The translations under genes were made by a program, and so were the position numbers. A stretch of DNA of 32,000 nt, from the NCBI RefSeq assembly GCF_036323395.1, contig NZ_AP028907.1:1590001-1622000 (forward strand), given 5' to 3'. Source of the stretch: Pyrodictium abyssi. Its GTDB lineage: Archaea; Thermoproteota; Thermoprotei_A; Sulfolobales; Pyrodictiaceae. Under the pieces are notes generated by a model that was not told where the DNA came from, did not search any database, and saw only the letters and a list, made by a program, of their open reading frames with translations. Below, one piece after another: positions 18,676 to 26,573 of the stretch. Numbering within the stretch: the stretch's first letter is position 1; each line of letters begins with the position of its first letter.

Positions 18676-18871
18676 AGTGGAACGTACACGGAGACAGGGA
18701 GAGGAGAATAGAAGCTGTATTCCTAGTAATATTCTCCCTAGTATCTTTCTAAGCGAACTATATACTTGACAATGTAGAATTAGTTATAGATATTTGATTT
18801 TATATAATCAAAGATTAGTAGTTAGTAAATCTACACAAAATACTCTAATGTCTAATGCTTCTTCGAAGCTC

Positions 18872-19090
18872 CTACGTAATATATATATATGGCAGCAGTA
18901 GGTAGTATACGGTGAAACAATGCACGCCCAAGTAGCTATCCAAATAAACAAGCCAATAAATAAGCCAAATACAGAGAACATGTATATTATAGCTCCATTT
19001 CAGAGGCCCATACGTATAGCTCCAGTTATAGGCAAGGGTCCATGTGACTGCTAAAGGGGGTTGAAAAGGTGAAGTATAATAGCACTGCAA
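18872..19090 (-). CDS. alternative reading: 72-aa aromatic-rich hydrophobic ORF (possibly a gene fragment)
   Basis: Track ORF with a TTG start and an unusual Tyr/Trp-rich composition. No convincing promoter spacing. It overlaps the plus-strand 44-codon ORF completely. Confidence 0.2.
   Translation of the reverse strand: MQCYYTSPFQPPLAVTWTLAYNWSYTYGPLKWSYNIHVLCIWLIYWLVYLDSYLGVHCFTVYYLLLPYIYIT
18877..18890 (+). promoter_or_regulatory. (TA)n TATA-like element upstream of the 44-codon ORF
   Basis: taatatatatatat ends 30 nt before ATG 18920. GGTGA (18911..18915) lies 4 nt before the ATG as an SD-like element. Confidence 0.3.
18920..19054 (+). CDS. candidate 44-aa peptide MHAQVAIQINKPINKPNTENMYIIAPFQRPIRIAPVIGKGPCDC
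   Basis: Hand-found ORF on the same strand as the radical SAM gene and 235 nt upstream of it. TATA-like and SD-like signals precede it, and a T-run (ctttttat) follows about 40 nt downstream. It has internal repeats (INKP x2, IAP x2) and a C-terminal C-x-C. It is mutually exclusive with the minus ORF 18872..19090. Confidence 0.3.
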   Translation: MHAQVAIQINKPINKPNTENMYIIAPFQRPIRIAPVIGKGPCDC

Positions 19091-19288
19091 AAATCTTTTT
19101 ATCCTTAAAGAAATAGTTGAACCAAACTTTAACTTGCATCTATTCGTCCTAATTAGGCGTGATGCTTCTTGGAATCAATTCCTAATAAGTAAAGCTTTAG
19201 GTTCTTTACTTAAAAGCGTTGCAACGAGTAACTATGCAAATGTAAATAGTACGAGCTGAACAAAGAGCTATTAATAGAGCTTCAAAAG

Positions 19289-20248
19289 ATGGGATTAGTT
19301 GACCTATATGGGAACACAATGCTTATACCTAATTATAAGTATCGAAGTGGAAGACTACTAAGTTACATACTACTAGAGGTTACTCAGAGCTGTAATCTAC
19401 GTTGTCGCCATTGTTATATTAACGCTGCATTTAATAAAAGGAACAATCTTGAGTTGAATGAAATTAAGAAGGTTCTTAGAGAAGCTGCGGACTTGGGTGT
19501 AGTAGGTATAGGTATAACTGGAGGCGAACCCTTCATTCGTAAAGATATCCACGAAATTTTAAAATATGCAGCTGATCTAGGGCTGTATGTACAGATATTT
19601 ACGAATGGAACATTGTTAACAAAATACGATATACAAATGTTAGCCAAACTTGGTGAGTATCTGGATCGTATGAGAGTGAGTCTCTATGGAACGCGGGATA
19701 TCCACGATTATGTTACTGGGGTCAGAGGTTCATATGACCTAACAGTAAGAAATATAAAACTTATGCTTAGAGAAAATCTGCCAGTAGCTATTAACTTTAC
19801 TATAACCAAACCTATTATGGATAAACTTGATGAAGCGTTTGCTAGCATTAAGAGTACTGGTGTTGAAGACATAGTCTATGGTATTATATTTCCTCAAGGA
19901 CGTGCATCGGAGAATAATGACCTATTGTTTGAATTTAGTGATCTAATCCATTTATATAAAAAACTTTATAAAATGATAGTAAAAGACAATATAATTAACT
20001 ATAGCAATATAATGTTAGATATAAACAATATATCTAGAAATATGGAAAAAATGAAAATATTATCAAAAGAATATAGAGTACCAGTTGAAGGCCTTATATG
20101 GCTCGGAAGTTGTGGTGCAGGTGCCTCATTTCTTTATATTAATACGAATGGTGATGTTTATCCATGCAATAAGATATATAGTATTAAATTAGGAAATATA
20201 AAGCAGATCTTGCGGAGCTTAGCCTCCTCGCGCGCAATGGTCTCGTAG
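19289..20248 (+). pseudogene. radical SAM / SPASM-domain maturase, 3'-truncated inside the SPASM motif
   Basis: The CxxxCxxC cluster is CNLRCRHC in LLEVTQSCNLRCRHCY, with a GGEP motif (GITGGEPF). The first SPASM element C-x12-G-x4-C is present (CGAGASFLYINTNGDVYPC), but the following CxxCx5Cx3C is missing. After GNIKQ the frame runs into GC-rich antisense DNA (ILRSLASSRAMVS*). Confidence 0.8.
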
Positions 20249-20346
20249 ATGGCTCTGCGCACCACCTCGCTCCAGTTGATGTGCTTCAGCTTATCCATCT
20301 TCTCCTTGAGCTTCCTGTCTATACGGAAGCTGACAACTACGCTCAA
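20158..20346 (-). pseudogene. VapB-like ribbon-helix-helix antitoxin, 3'-truncated at the island junction
   Basis: TTG 20346 gives SVVVSFRIDRKLKEKMDKLKHINWSEVVRRAIYETIAREEAKLRK, a paralog of the intact vapB at 28797 (VVSVRVPKELKEKMRKYDIDWAEEIRKFLEKR). It then reads into AT-rich DNA (ICFIFPNLILYILLHG*). No cognate PIN gene lies downstream. Confidence 0.65.
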
Positions 20347-20479
20347 CAGTAGGCCCCGGTCCTGGTGATGTAGCACGAGCCCGTAATATCTGTGCTACGC
20401 TAGAGGCCCGGGTCCGAAGCACGATACCCCGATATAGCGCCCTAGCCGGGTGTATAGAGCTACACGGGGCAGTAGAGTA

Positions 20480-20950
20480 GTGGACGCGTACACCCTGGCA
20501 GTAATCCTCATACTAGTGGGCGTAGCCCTGGACCTTGCAGAGATCGTGGTCCCCGGTTTCTTCCTAGCAGTCCCGGGCACGGCCGCCATAATCTACGGTG
20601 TGCTCTTGGCAATGTTCCCCGGGGTGGTCGAAGAGCCCTGGGGCCCCTGGCTGCTAGCGGGTCTCGCGGCGCCGCTGACCCTCGCCACGGTGGCCCTCTA
20701 CAAGCGGCTCTCGCCGCCCCAGAAGCCGGTGACAGCGAGCTACGAGGGCCTAGTAGGGCTCACCGGTGTCGTCGTGGAGACCGTTACCGGGGATGAGCCG
20801 CGGGGCCGGGTGCGCGTCGCAGGAGACGAGTGGCCCGCGGTAAGCGCCTCCGGCGGCGAGATCCCGCCTGGTACGCGTGTGAGGGTCGTCGGCGTCGAGG
20901 GCGTGCACCTCATAGTGGAGCCGCTACATGGCACGGAGGAGAAACAATAA
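20480..20950 (+). CDS. NfeD-family membrane protein (short form, C-terminal OB domain)
   Basis: Hydrophobic N-terminal half plus GLTGVVVETVTGDEPRGRVRVAGDEWPAVSASGGEIPPGTRVRVVGVEGVHLIVEP, the typical NfeD C-terminus. It sits directly upstream of a stomatin gene. GTG 20480 has a TATA-like gtatagag about 27 nt upstream; the track maximum start is 20450. Confidence 0.8.
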   Translation: MDAYTLAVILILVGVALDLAEIVVPGFFLAVPGTAAIIYGVLLAMFPGVVEEPWGPWLLAGLAAPLTLATVALYKRLSPPQKPVTASYEGLVGLTGVVVETVTGDEPRGRVRVAGDEWPAVSASGGEIPPGTRVRVVGVEGVHLIVEPLHGTEEKQ

Positions 20951-22134
20951 GTGTTTGTCGAGCTAGCCTCTACCCGGTACTAGCGTGGGGTGGATTCCCC
21001 CTGGCGCAGCCTCTGCTCGCCCTAGCAGCCCTAGTCCTCGGCACAGCCCTCTCAGTGCTGGTCGCGGCCGGGGTCCGTGTCATACGGCCCTGGGAGGTGG
21101 GCATCTACATCAGGCTCGGCAGGTTCATAGGCATCCTGCGGCCTGGGCTGCACTGGGTCCCGCCCTTCATCAGCAGCGTCCACCGGATAGACCTGCGTAC
21201 ACAGGTCGTGGACATACCGCGCCAGGAGGTCATAACACGGGACAACTCCCCGGTGGTCGTCGACGCTATAGTCTACTTCCGGGTCGTAGACCCCAAGAAG
21301 GCGTTCTTCGAGGTCGAGGACTACCGCATGGCCGTGGTAGCGCTAGCCCAGACAACGCTCCGAAGCGTCATAGGCGACATGGAGCTCGACGAGATACTCT
21401 ACAACCGCGCCGCGATAAACGCCCGGCTCCGCCGGATACTAGACGAGGCCACAGACAAGTGGGGCGTCCGCGTAGAGAGCGTCGAGATACGAGAGGTGGA
21501 GCCCAGCCCCACCGTCAAGAAGGCCATGGAGGAGCAGACAGCCGCCGAGAGGGAGCGGCGCGCAGCGATACTGCGAGCCGACGGAGAGAGGAGGGCAGCC
21601 ATACTCCAGGCTGAGGGCGAGAAGCAGGCAATGATACTACGCGCAGAAGGCGAGAGAGCCAGCAGAGTGCTGCGCGCCGAGGGCGAGCGAATGGCCCTCA
21701 TCCTACGGGCCCTCGGCGAGGCCCAGAGGCTGAGGGTACTCACAGCAGCCTCCGCCGCGATGACGCCGCAGGCGCTCAGCATACTAGCGATGGAGACGCT
21801 CCAGGAGCTAGGCCGCGGCAAGGCCACCAAGATAGTAGTGCCCTACGAGGTCACGAGGCTCCTAGAGACGCTCAGCAGCCACATAGCAGGAGCAGCCGAG
21901 AAGCCACAGCCGGGCAGGACAGACGTCGAGGCCCTCCAGGAGGCGCTCCAGAGGCTAGAACAGCTACTAGGCCCCCTGCCCAGGAGCGAGGAGCTAATGA
22001 GCGAGGTAAAACGCCTACAGGAGGAAGCCGAGCAGCTACGCCGCCAGAGCCCCGAGAAGCTGGAAGAACTCCTCAAGCCGCCCAAAGAGCTAGCAGAACA
22101 ACCAGCCGAGAGCCAGGAGAAACAAGAGAGGTAG
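20830..22134 (+). CDS. SPFH/band-7 protein (prokaryotic stomatin) with long charged C-terminal tail
   Basis: VIRPWEVGIYIRLGRFIGILRPGLHWVPPFI...DLRTQVVDIPRQEVITRDNSPVVVDAIVYFRVVDP is a canonical stomatin core, followed by AEGE-type repeats. The start is unresolved. The only in-frame starts are GTG 20830 (121-nt overlap with nfeD) and GTG 21055 (which would delete the N-terminal TM). Confidence 0.85.
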   Translation: MARGKRLRRRDPAWYACEGRRRRGRAPHSGAATWHGGETISVCRASLYPVLAWGGFPLAQPLLALAALVLGTALSVLVAAGVRVIRPWEVGIYIRLGRFIGILRPGLHWVPPFISSVHRIDLRTQVVDIPRQEVITRDNSPVVVDAIVYFRVVDPKKAFFEVEDYRMAVVALAQTTLRSVIGDMELDEILYNRAAINARLRRILDEATDKWGVRVESVEIREVEPSPTVKKAMEEQTAAERERRAAILRADGERRAAILQAEGEKQAMILRAEGERASRVLRAEGERMALILRALGEAQRLRVLTAASAAMTPQALSILAMETLQELGRGKATKIVVPYEVTRLLETLSSHIAGAAEKPQPGRTDVEALQEALQRLEQLLGPLPRSEELMSEVKRLQEEAEQLRRQSPEKLEELLKPPKELAEQPAESQEKQER

Positions 22135-22226
22135 CCCCTCCGCACGGCCCATGGCCCCAGCCGCTCTTTTCCCGCCTCCCCCAGCTCCAGAGGCTCTCCC
22201 GGCGCCACGCTGGTGCCACAGCAGCC

Positions 22227-22637
22227 ATGAAGAGGACACTACTCCTCCGAGCCGCGGCAGCCATAGCCATGGTCCTCGTGGCCCTCGACGCACTCTCAGT
22301 CTACTTCCTGCTGCTAAACCCCGAAGGCTACTGGGACCACGAGAAGCTCGACGGCGCTAAGGCCATCCGCAGGCTGCTCCCCGTCTTCGCCTCGCCCCTC
22401 GCAGCAGAAGCGGCAGCGCTCCACCTACTCCGCCGAGGCAGAGCAGCCCCCGTCACACCACTACTAGCCCTAGCATCAGTCCTACACTATTATTCGGGAC
22501 TCCACATCTGCGCCGACTGCCAGATGTCGCCAGGCGAGGCAGCAGAAGCAACCCTAGCAGCCTTGGCTGTGATCTTGGCTCTGGCTTATGCAGTTTCTAG
22601 GAGACCATATCCTCTCCCTGCCCGTTGTATGTATTGA
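22227..22637 (+). CDS. hypothetical membrane protein (136 aa)
   Basis: ATG start and three to four hydrophobic spans. No family recognised. Confidence 0.55.
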   Translation: MKRTLLLRAAAAIAMVLVALDALSVYFLLLNPEGYWDHEKLDGAKAIRRLLPVFASPLAAEAAALHLLRRGRAAPVTPLLALASVLHYYSGLHICADCQMSPGEAAEATLAALAVILALAYAVSRRPYPLPARCMY

Positions 22638-22713
22638 CGGTCGAAGCGGGCGTGAAGGCGTTCAACCTCATATAGTAGCCTCTTGCATGTCATGTTGCGG
22701 GTGCTAGGCTACT

Positions 22714-23982
22714 ATGCTCCGGGCCTTTAGGCTTGCTAGGGCGCTGCTACGGGGAGGGATACGCGTAAGCGAGTGCGGGTGTGTCGTCAAGGAGGTGGAC
22801 GCTGTTGTCGAGGCGCGTGGCGTTGTGCTCAGTGTGAGCGTAGAGGTGTCAGTCGATGCTCACGGGGAGTGTTGTCTGTGGCTGAACCCTGGGCTCCGCG
22901 TGGGGAGCGTATCCGGGCTAGAGGACTATACAGTCAAATACAGCAGGGACCCCGAGGTAGGGCTGGCCCGGCTCCTAAGGCTCCGCTCTAGGAGCTGCAG
23001 CGCCTCCATCGGGGCCTCCTACGAGGGGAGCGTTGCTCCTCTCATGCGGGGCTTCTGGAGCAGCGGGGAGGACCGGCACGTACTCCGGCCGCAGACGCTA
23101 TGGTACCCCTACACGGTCTCCTGCAGCTGCCTCCTATGGCCGCTTGTGCGGGGGCGCCACGCGCGGGCCAGGCTCGAGGCGAGGCACGACGGCACGCATG
23201 CAGCCTTGTCCTCCCTCAGGCTGAGGGAGGATGGTGGCAGCTATAGCGTGTGGGAGGGCACTGGTTGTAGCCCCGTGGACCTGGTCGTGCTGAGGCGCAG
23301 GGCGGAGAAGAGGCTAGCCCTCGAGGGCAAGGAAGTGGTAGTGGTGAGCGAGACAGCGGGCGGCGTCGAGGAGGCGGTGAGGGGGCTCCGGGAGGCCATA
23401 GCGTTCTACCGTGGTCTGGGATTTCCCGACCCCCAGGAGGAGCTGTACGTGGCGGTCATGGGAGGTAGCGGTGGCTTCCGCAACGACTACCTACTATCGC
23501 TCGACACCGTTCACCTGGAGAACAGCGCCACGGCGCTGGCTAACGCGCTCCACGAGTACGCCCACACCTGGCTAGGCTCCCTGCTTAAGCCGCGCAGCCC
23601 CGAGGACCTCTGGATGTTCGAGGCCCTACCAGACTATCTGGCCGCGGCTGGCCTAGACGCTAGCGGCCTCAACGAGCAGGCCAGGAGAGTCCTCCGAGAA
23701 GCCGTAGCGGAGGCCCGCAGGGCGCTGAGGAGCCCGCTCTACACCCCGCCGCACAGGATACACATGCCCCTCACGAGGAGAGGGATCGCCACCCACCGGT
23801 CGGTAGGCGTAGCAGTCCTAGACGAGATAGCCAGCAGGATAGGGCGCAGAGAGCTCCTCCAGCAGCTAGCCAGCTACATAGCCAGGAAGCTGGAGACGGA
23901 CAGAACGTTCAGCTGGAGAGAATTCACGGCCAGTCTCGGAGAAGACGTACGCAGCGTCCTAGAGAAGTACCGGCTGCTCTAG
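22714..23982 (+). CDS. gluzincin metallopeptidase, M1-like catalytic domain
   Basis: Exact HEXXH-X18-E arrangement: HEYAH followed by 18 residues and then E in WMFEALPDY. The ~260-aa N-terminal beta-rich region resembles the M1 N-domain. Confidence 0.75.
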   Translation: MLRAFRLARALLRGGIRVSECGCVVKEVDAVVEARGVVLSVSVEVSVDAHGECCLWLNPGLRVGSVSGLEDYTVKYSRDPEVGLARLLRLRSRSCSASIGASYEGSVAPLMRGFWSSGEDRHVLRPQTLWYPYTVSCSCLLWPLVRGRHARARLEARHDGTHAALSSLRLREDGGSYSVWEGTGCSPVDLVVLRRRAEKRLALEGKEVVVVSETAGGVEEAVRGLREAIAFYRGLGFPDPQEELYVAVMGGSGGFRNDYLLSLDTVHLENSATALANALHEYAHTWLGSLLKPRSPEDLWMFEALPDYLAAAGLDASGLNEQARRVLREAVAEARRALRSPLYTPPHRIHMPLTRRGIATHRSVGVAVLDEIASRIGRRELLQQLASYIARKLETDRTFSWREFTASLGEDVRSVLEKYRLL

Positions 23983-24006
23983 CCACTGCGTGCCCCGTCC
24001 CACGGG

Positions 24007-24588
24007 CTAGGAGCTGGTTGCTGCCTTCAGCCTCTCTAGCGCCTCCTGGTGCTCTCTACTCCACAGCCTCTTCTCCTCTAGCCGGGGCTTCACCTTTTCC
24101 TCGGCTATCTCGGCTAGCCTCGCTAGCAGGTACACTATGTCCTTTCTAGCCTCCTCCTCGCCGGGGTACTTGCTCAGCTCCCCCGCCGGGTCTGGGCCGT
24201 GGTACTGGTAGTCGTGTAGCAGGAGCGCTACCGCGGTGTAGGCGGAGAAGCCGGTGATGCCAGCGTCCTCCAGTAGCTGGCTAAGCGCTTTGAGCCTACC
24301 AGTCGGGGCCCGGGGTATCCCGACCTCCTCTAGCCATCTCCTCTGCTCCTCGTTCTCCAGCTTCTCGGCTATCCTGTCCCGCTCGAGGGCCGGCAGCGCC
24401 CCGGTTAGCGCCCGCCACGCCTGGAGCGCCTTACCCGCAGCACTCCTCGTAAAGCCCCGGCCGAGGAACCTCAGCGCCAGCAAAGCCTCAAGCAGCGCCT
24501 CCAGAGCACGAGCAGCGGCATAGCCCACCAGGTCCCGCCGGGGCCGGGGTAGCGGCCGCTCTAGAGCCTCTGTAGCTGTAGGCAGCAC
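24007..24588 (-). CDS. PaREP1-family protein (HEPN-related archaeal family)
   Basis: RFLGRGFTRSAAGKALQAWRALTGAL and LLLHDYQYHGPDPAG match my memory of the PaREP1 conserved blocks (AAGKAFQAWKA, LHxYQYxG). The family call comes from memory only. Confidence 0.6.
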   Translation of the reverse strand: MLPTATEALERPLPRPRRDLVGYAAARALEALLEALLALRFLGRGFTRSAAGKALQAWRALTGALPALERDRIAEKLENEEQRRWLEEVGIPRAPTGRLKALSQLLEDAGITGFSAYTAVALLLHDYQYHGPDPAGELSKYPGEEEARKDIVYLLARLAEIAEEKVKPRLEEKRLWSREHQEALERLKAATSS

Positions 24589-24729
24589 TGCTGCTCCCTA
24601 ACTGGGTTCCCCTGGGCGGTTCCCTCTTATTCCCCACCTATGGCGCGTGAACACTGCCCTCGGGGCTCCTTCGGCTACAGGGCAGCACGACATAGTCTGG
24701 TTTTCAACACTTAATGCGTAACCCAGATC

Positions 24730-25485
24730 TCATATTCTTCTTATTGTATATTCCTTGTTTTTAAGTACATACGGGCTTTTCAAGAACTGTCGAGGCGACA
24801 GAGCCCTCCTAGGCTTATATGCAAGTATAAGGTGCTTCAAAGGGTTCCCACTAGGCTGCTTAATCACGTCTACATCCTCGAAGAATATCCAAGATAGCGC
24901 TGCGAGCCTCGCTACACTCCAGTAGTAGAGGTTGATAACCGCCGTCCTGGACGGGTTCCTGAGATCAATAACTCTCCTCCTGCATGTGCCCCTCACCGGA
25001 TCATAGCCCTTGAACACGTCGAGCACCATTCTCGCACTGCACTCGTCCTCGACAAACATTATATCTGCACAACCCCTCGTCAAGAACATGCGGAACCTGT
25101 CTGCCTCTTGCATGACCAGTAAACCCCTGGGGCTGAGAACGTGGCTTACCGATGCTAGCAGAGTGTTCATGCTCCAGGGGTCAAAGTGTGGACTAGAGGA
25201 GCCCCACATGAGCGCCAGGTCGTACTCATCATTGACTTTGTGGAGTACCTTGGCGTCAACGATGTGTATTGTGGGTTTCACAGCGAGTTCGCCGCTTATC
25301 CACTCTCTAGCCTTGAGCAATACGTCTTGCCTGACATCGACGAGTGTCAGCTCTACCCGGTAGCCCTTCTCTATCAATACTTTCGAGAACGCATAGCCTG
25401 CTATACCTACACCGCTACACACGTCTACTACCCGCACTGGGTCCCTACCTTTAAGCGTCTCAGCGGCGAAGGGGTGATGTAGCAC
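24730..25485 (-). CDS. class I SAM-dependent methyltransferase (5' end possibly frameshifted)
   Basis: Motif I VVDVCSGVGIAG, acidic post-I LVDVRQD and later LSPRGLLVMQE. GTG 25485 leaves only 18 residues before motif I. The same frame stays open and coding-like for 37 more codons upstream without a start. Confidence 0.75.
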   Translation of the reverse strand: MLHHPFAAETLKGRDPVRVVDVCSGVGIAGYAFSKVLIEKGYRVELTLVDVRQDVLLKAREWISGELAVKPTIHIVDAKVLHKVNDEYDLALMWGSSSPHFDPWSMNTLLASVSHVLSPRGLLVMQEADRFRMFLTRGCADIMFVEDECSARMVLDVFKGYDPVRGTCRRRVIDLRNPSRTAVINLYYWSVARLAALSWIFFEDVDVIKQPSGNPLKHLILAYKPRRALSPRQFLKSPYVLKNKEYTIRRI

Positions 25486-25634
25486 CTCTTTGGCTGCTTC
25501 TATGGCTTCCCGGAGGCGTTCATTAAAGCAGGGTGTGCCGGGAGTCTCGGACCATGGAAATACCTGGTAGAGCTCTTCAAGCCCGGATAATGGGTATCAC
25601 CATGTCTAGGTCGAATACCGTTAAACTATTAAAC

Positions 25635-25645
25635 TATATATTTTA
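25635..25645 (-). promoter_or_regulatory. TATA-like element (minus strand taaaatatatag) upstream of out-of-frame ATG 25603
   Basis: Plus strand reads ctatatatttta. The centre is about 37 nt upstream of ATG 25603, which would be the natural start of the methyltransferase if one nucleotide were removed. Confidence 0.3.
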
Positions 25646-25862
25646 TGACGCGTTAGTACTTTATGGGGGTCTTGAAGCGGGAGGCGGAAGGAGTAGAGCC
25701 TGCAAGGGAGGTATAGCGCTCCCACAATGTACTTAAGGTAGCTATACTAGTAGGATGGCTTGGGTCCAATGAAGCCAAGAGACACGTAGCTAGCTCTAAG
25801 ACCCGTAGTCGTTAGAGTCTTGTACACATGGTTGCGGGTTAATGGTAGTGCGCATCTCGGGT

Positions 25863-26573
25863 TCACGAAGCTAGCCTTCTAGATACTACGGCGGATAGTA
25901 TGGCTGCGTAAGCTAGGGCTGCTGCTAGCAGCCAGTGGAGGGGCTCGTCGTAGACAAGCACGCGCCGTATCATCTCGGCGGCGTAGGTTGTAGGGGCGAT
26001 GAACGCTACGGGCTTTAGGGCGTCTGGCAGCGCGTCTAGAGGGTAGTAGACCGGCGGGAGCAGTATAAGTGCTGACGAAAGGAACAGGGTTATAGAGTCT
26101 ATATGCACGGGGCTCTCGACGTACAGCGCTATCGTGAATGCGAGTAGGCTAGTCAGCAGCCACGCAAAGAGTATAGCAAGGGCCAGTACTGCTAACCTGT
26201 AGGCGTTAAAGCCTGCTACAGTAGAGAGAGCTAGGGAGAACACGGTGATAGCGGGTAGTGAGCCTAGTAGCCTCGACAACGCTAGCCCTAGCATGTACTC
26301 GTGTAAGCCGACCGGCGATGCTACAATAATGTCGTGGAACCCTATGAGCCGGAACAGTACAAGCAGCCTCGCAATACCTATACACGAGCCTGCTGCGACA
26401 GACACAAGAGCGCCTACAAGGACATGTAAGAGCGCACTCTTACCTGCTAGCATGTACGTAGTCAGCACCACGCCGACGGGAGTCACCAACTGTGCTGCCA
26501 TCCATAAGGGGGAGCGGAGTAGAGGCGCAGTGGTAAGGTAGGCTACCGCTATGACGGGCTTTAGCCTAGCCAT
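25863..26573 (-). CDS. ABC-2 type transporter permease
   Basis: Six hydrophobic spans. ATG 26573 overlaps the ATPase stop in ATGGCTAG (translational coupling); the track maximum start is GTG 26582. Confidence 0.75.
   Translation of the reverse strand: MARLKPVIAVAYLTTAPLLRSPLWMAAQLVTPVGVVLTTYMLAGKSALLHVLVGALVSVAAGSCIGIARLLVLFRLIGFHDIIVASPVGLHEYMLGLALSRLLGSLPAITVFSLALSTVAGFNAYRLAVLALAILFAWLLTSLLAFTIALYVESPVHIDSITLFLSSALILLPPVYYPLDALPDALKPVAFIAPTTYAAEMIRRVLVYDEPLHWLLAAALAYAAILSAVVSRRLAS

Larger units (their letters stand above)
18690..20210. other. strongly AT-rich foreign DNA block (compositional island)
   Basis: By eye, G+C falls to roughly one third against clearly GC-rich flanks, and codon style changes to AAA/ATA/TTA. 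The left edge has an 8-bp inverted repeat GGAGAATA/TATTCTCC (18703..18710 and 18730..18737). The right edge is sharp at AGATCT (20205..20210). Confidence 0.8.

Noticed and set aside
20205-20210. AGATCT (a BglII-type site) at the island junction as proof of a cloning artefact
   Set aside because: A single 6-bp palindrome at a junction is suggestive but can occur by chance. It cannot be decided without read-level data, so it is kept only as a caveat in the island finding.
21540-21730. Tandem AILRAEGE-type 11-residue repeats in the stomatin gene
   Set aside because: This is a normal feature of the C-terminal coiled-coil region of SPFH/stomatin proteins, not a separate repeat element.
25533-25736. 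67-aa plus-strand ORF between the methyltransferase and the ABC operon
   Set aside because: It overlaps the coding-like upstream extension and promoter of the minus-strand methyltransferase. It shows no motifs and is Gly-rich at the end.
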